This document shows positions 63,593 through 64,000 of a stretch of 64,000 bases of DNA, piece by piece; position 1 is the stretch's first letter; every line of letters starts with the position of its first letter. The DNA comes from Caldilineaceae bacterium. GTDB taxonomy: Bacteria > Chloroflexota > Anaerolineae > Caldilineales > Caldilineaceae. The notes beneath the pieces are model-generated. The model was not told where the DNA came from. It saw nothing but the letters and a program-made list of their open reading frames with translations, and made no database searches. A program made the translations under genes and the position numbers. The stretch spans positions 32,951 through 96,950 of the forward strand of contig JBEIHV010000001.1 in NCBI GenBank assembly GCA_040381095.1, given 5' to 3'.

Positions 63593-64000
63593 TCAGGCCA
63601 GCTTGCCCAGCGCTGCTTTGGGGGCTGCCGGGCTGCGTTCAGTCGCCTGACTGCTTTGCAGCGCGTGTGCAGCCAGCAACACGAACAACAGCCAGATGAC
63701 GGTGGTGATGGTCAGGTGAACCAACTGCAGCCAGACTGGCGCTCGCAGCGCCACGTTGAGCGATCCGATCAACAGCTGACCGATGTAAATGCCGATCAAC
63801 AGTCTGCCCAGTCGCTGGCTGAGCGCATCGGGCCGCCATTGCATGGCAAGCCAGGCCGACCAAGCCACCAGCACACCTGTGGCAATCGCCACAATTGGGT
63901 GGAGAATGCGCAATTCTACCAGCGTGGCGACCAAGGCATGTTCGGCCGGCGAGATGCCGCCGGTCAGCACCAGGGTATCGCCCAACGCCGTCACAGCGCC
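63593..64000 (-). CDS. COX15/CtaA-like (heme A synthase family) membrane protein, 5' end outside the window
   Basis: The frame is open to nt 64000. TM helices carry conserved-looking His residues (RILHPIVAIA, LQLVHLTITT). The assignment is tentative. Confidence 0.45.
   Translation of the reverse strand, partial: GAVTALGDTLVLTGGISPAEHALVATLVELRILHPIVAIATGVLVAWSAWLAMQWRPDALSQRLGRLLIGIYIGQLLIGSLNVALRAPVWLQLVHLTITTVIWLLFVLLAAHALQSSQATERSPAAPKAALGKLA

Overview
This is a GC-rich bacterial chromosomal window with about 60 protein-coding genes. I recognised no rRNA, tRNA, CRISPR array or transposase. Gene content, lipobox lipoproteins and TPTETP-type linkers suggest a Chloroflexota-like monoderm, but that is inference only.

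Left to right:
- Nt 1-2657: a compact trio of unknown genes.
- Nt 2744-3382: a nitroreductase-family gene.
- Nt 3445-8217, minus strand: an aminosugar / polyprenyl-phosphate glycosylation cluster (DegT aminotransferase, GT2, methyltransferase, GT39).
- Nt 8413-15851: a complete F1Fo ATP synthase operon (atpZ-like, then atpBEFHAGDC).
- Nt 16112-22842: mreB, ridA, rpsA, clpC and a HIBADH-family dehydrogenase.
- Nt 23149-27313: a split MacAB-type efflux system plus a lipoprotein.
- Nt 27344-31285: a LysR-linked sulfur-detoxification cluster (rhodanese, CstB-like MBL-rhodanese, TauE, zinc ribbon).
- Nt 31879-38259: a five-gene cluster in which a BcsB/BcsA-type synthase is flanked by partner-switching genes (REC-PP2C, STAS, RsbW-like kinase).
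- Nt 38519-44002: radA, fabF, fabH and eno.
- Nt 44066-48044, minus strand: a thiosulfate/sulfur-transfer operon (rhodanese, YeeE, TusA-like, lipoprotein rhodanese, TlpA).
- Nt 48481-55248, minus strand: eight co-directional genes (GntR, PuuE-like deacetylase, amino-acid ABC importer, two NMT1/THI5-like proteins).
- Nt 55559-61272: glk, rpiA, methylmalonyl-CoA epimerase, SufT-like, a membrane Mrr-type nuclease, gdpD, mvk and an MBL hydrolase.
- Nt 61440-63581: a highly repetitive surface protein.
- Nt 63593-64000: a truncated CtaA-like gene.

The most interesting candidate is the cluster at nt 31879-38259. Its synthase has no PilZ domain and carries an insertion of about 150 aa. It is bracketed by a complete phosphoserine partner-switching module, and no sigma factor gene is nearby.

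Many long ORFs in the six-frame track are antisense shadows of GC-rich genes, and I did not call them. All family assignments rest on motifs I recognised by eye; no database search was run.
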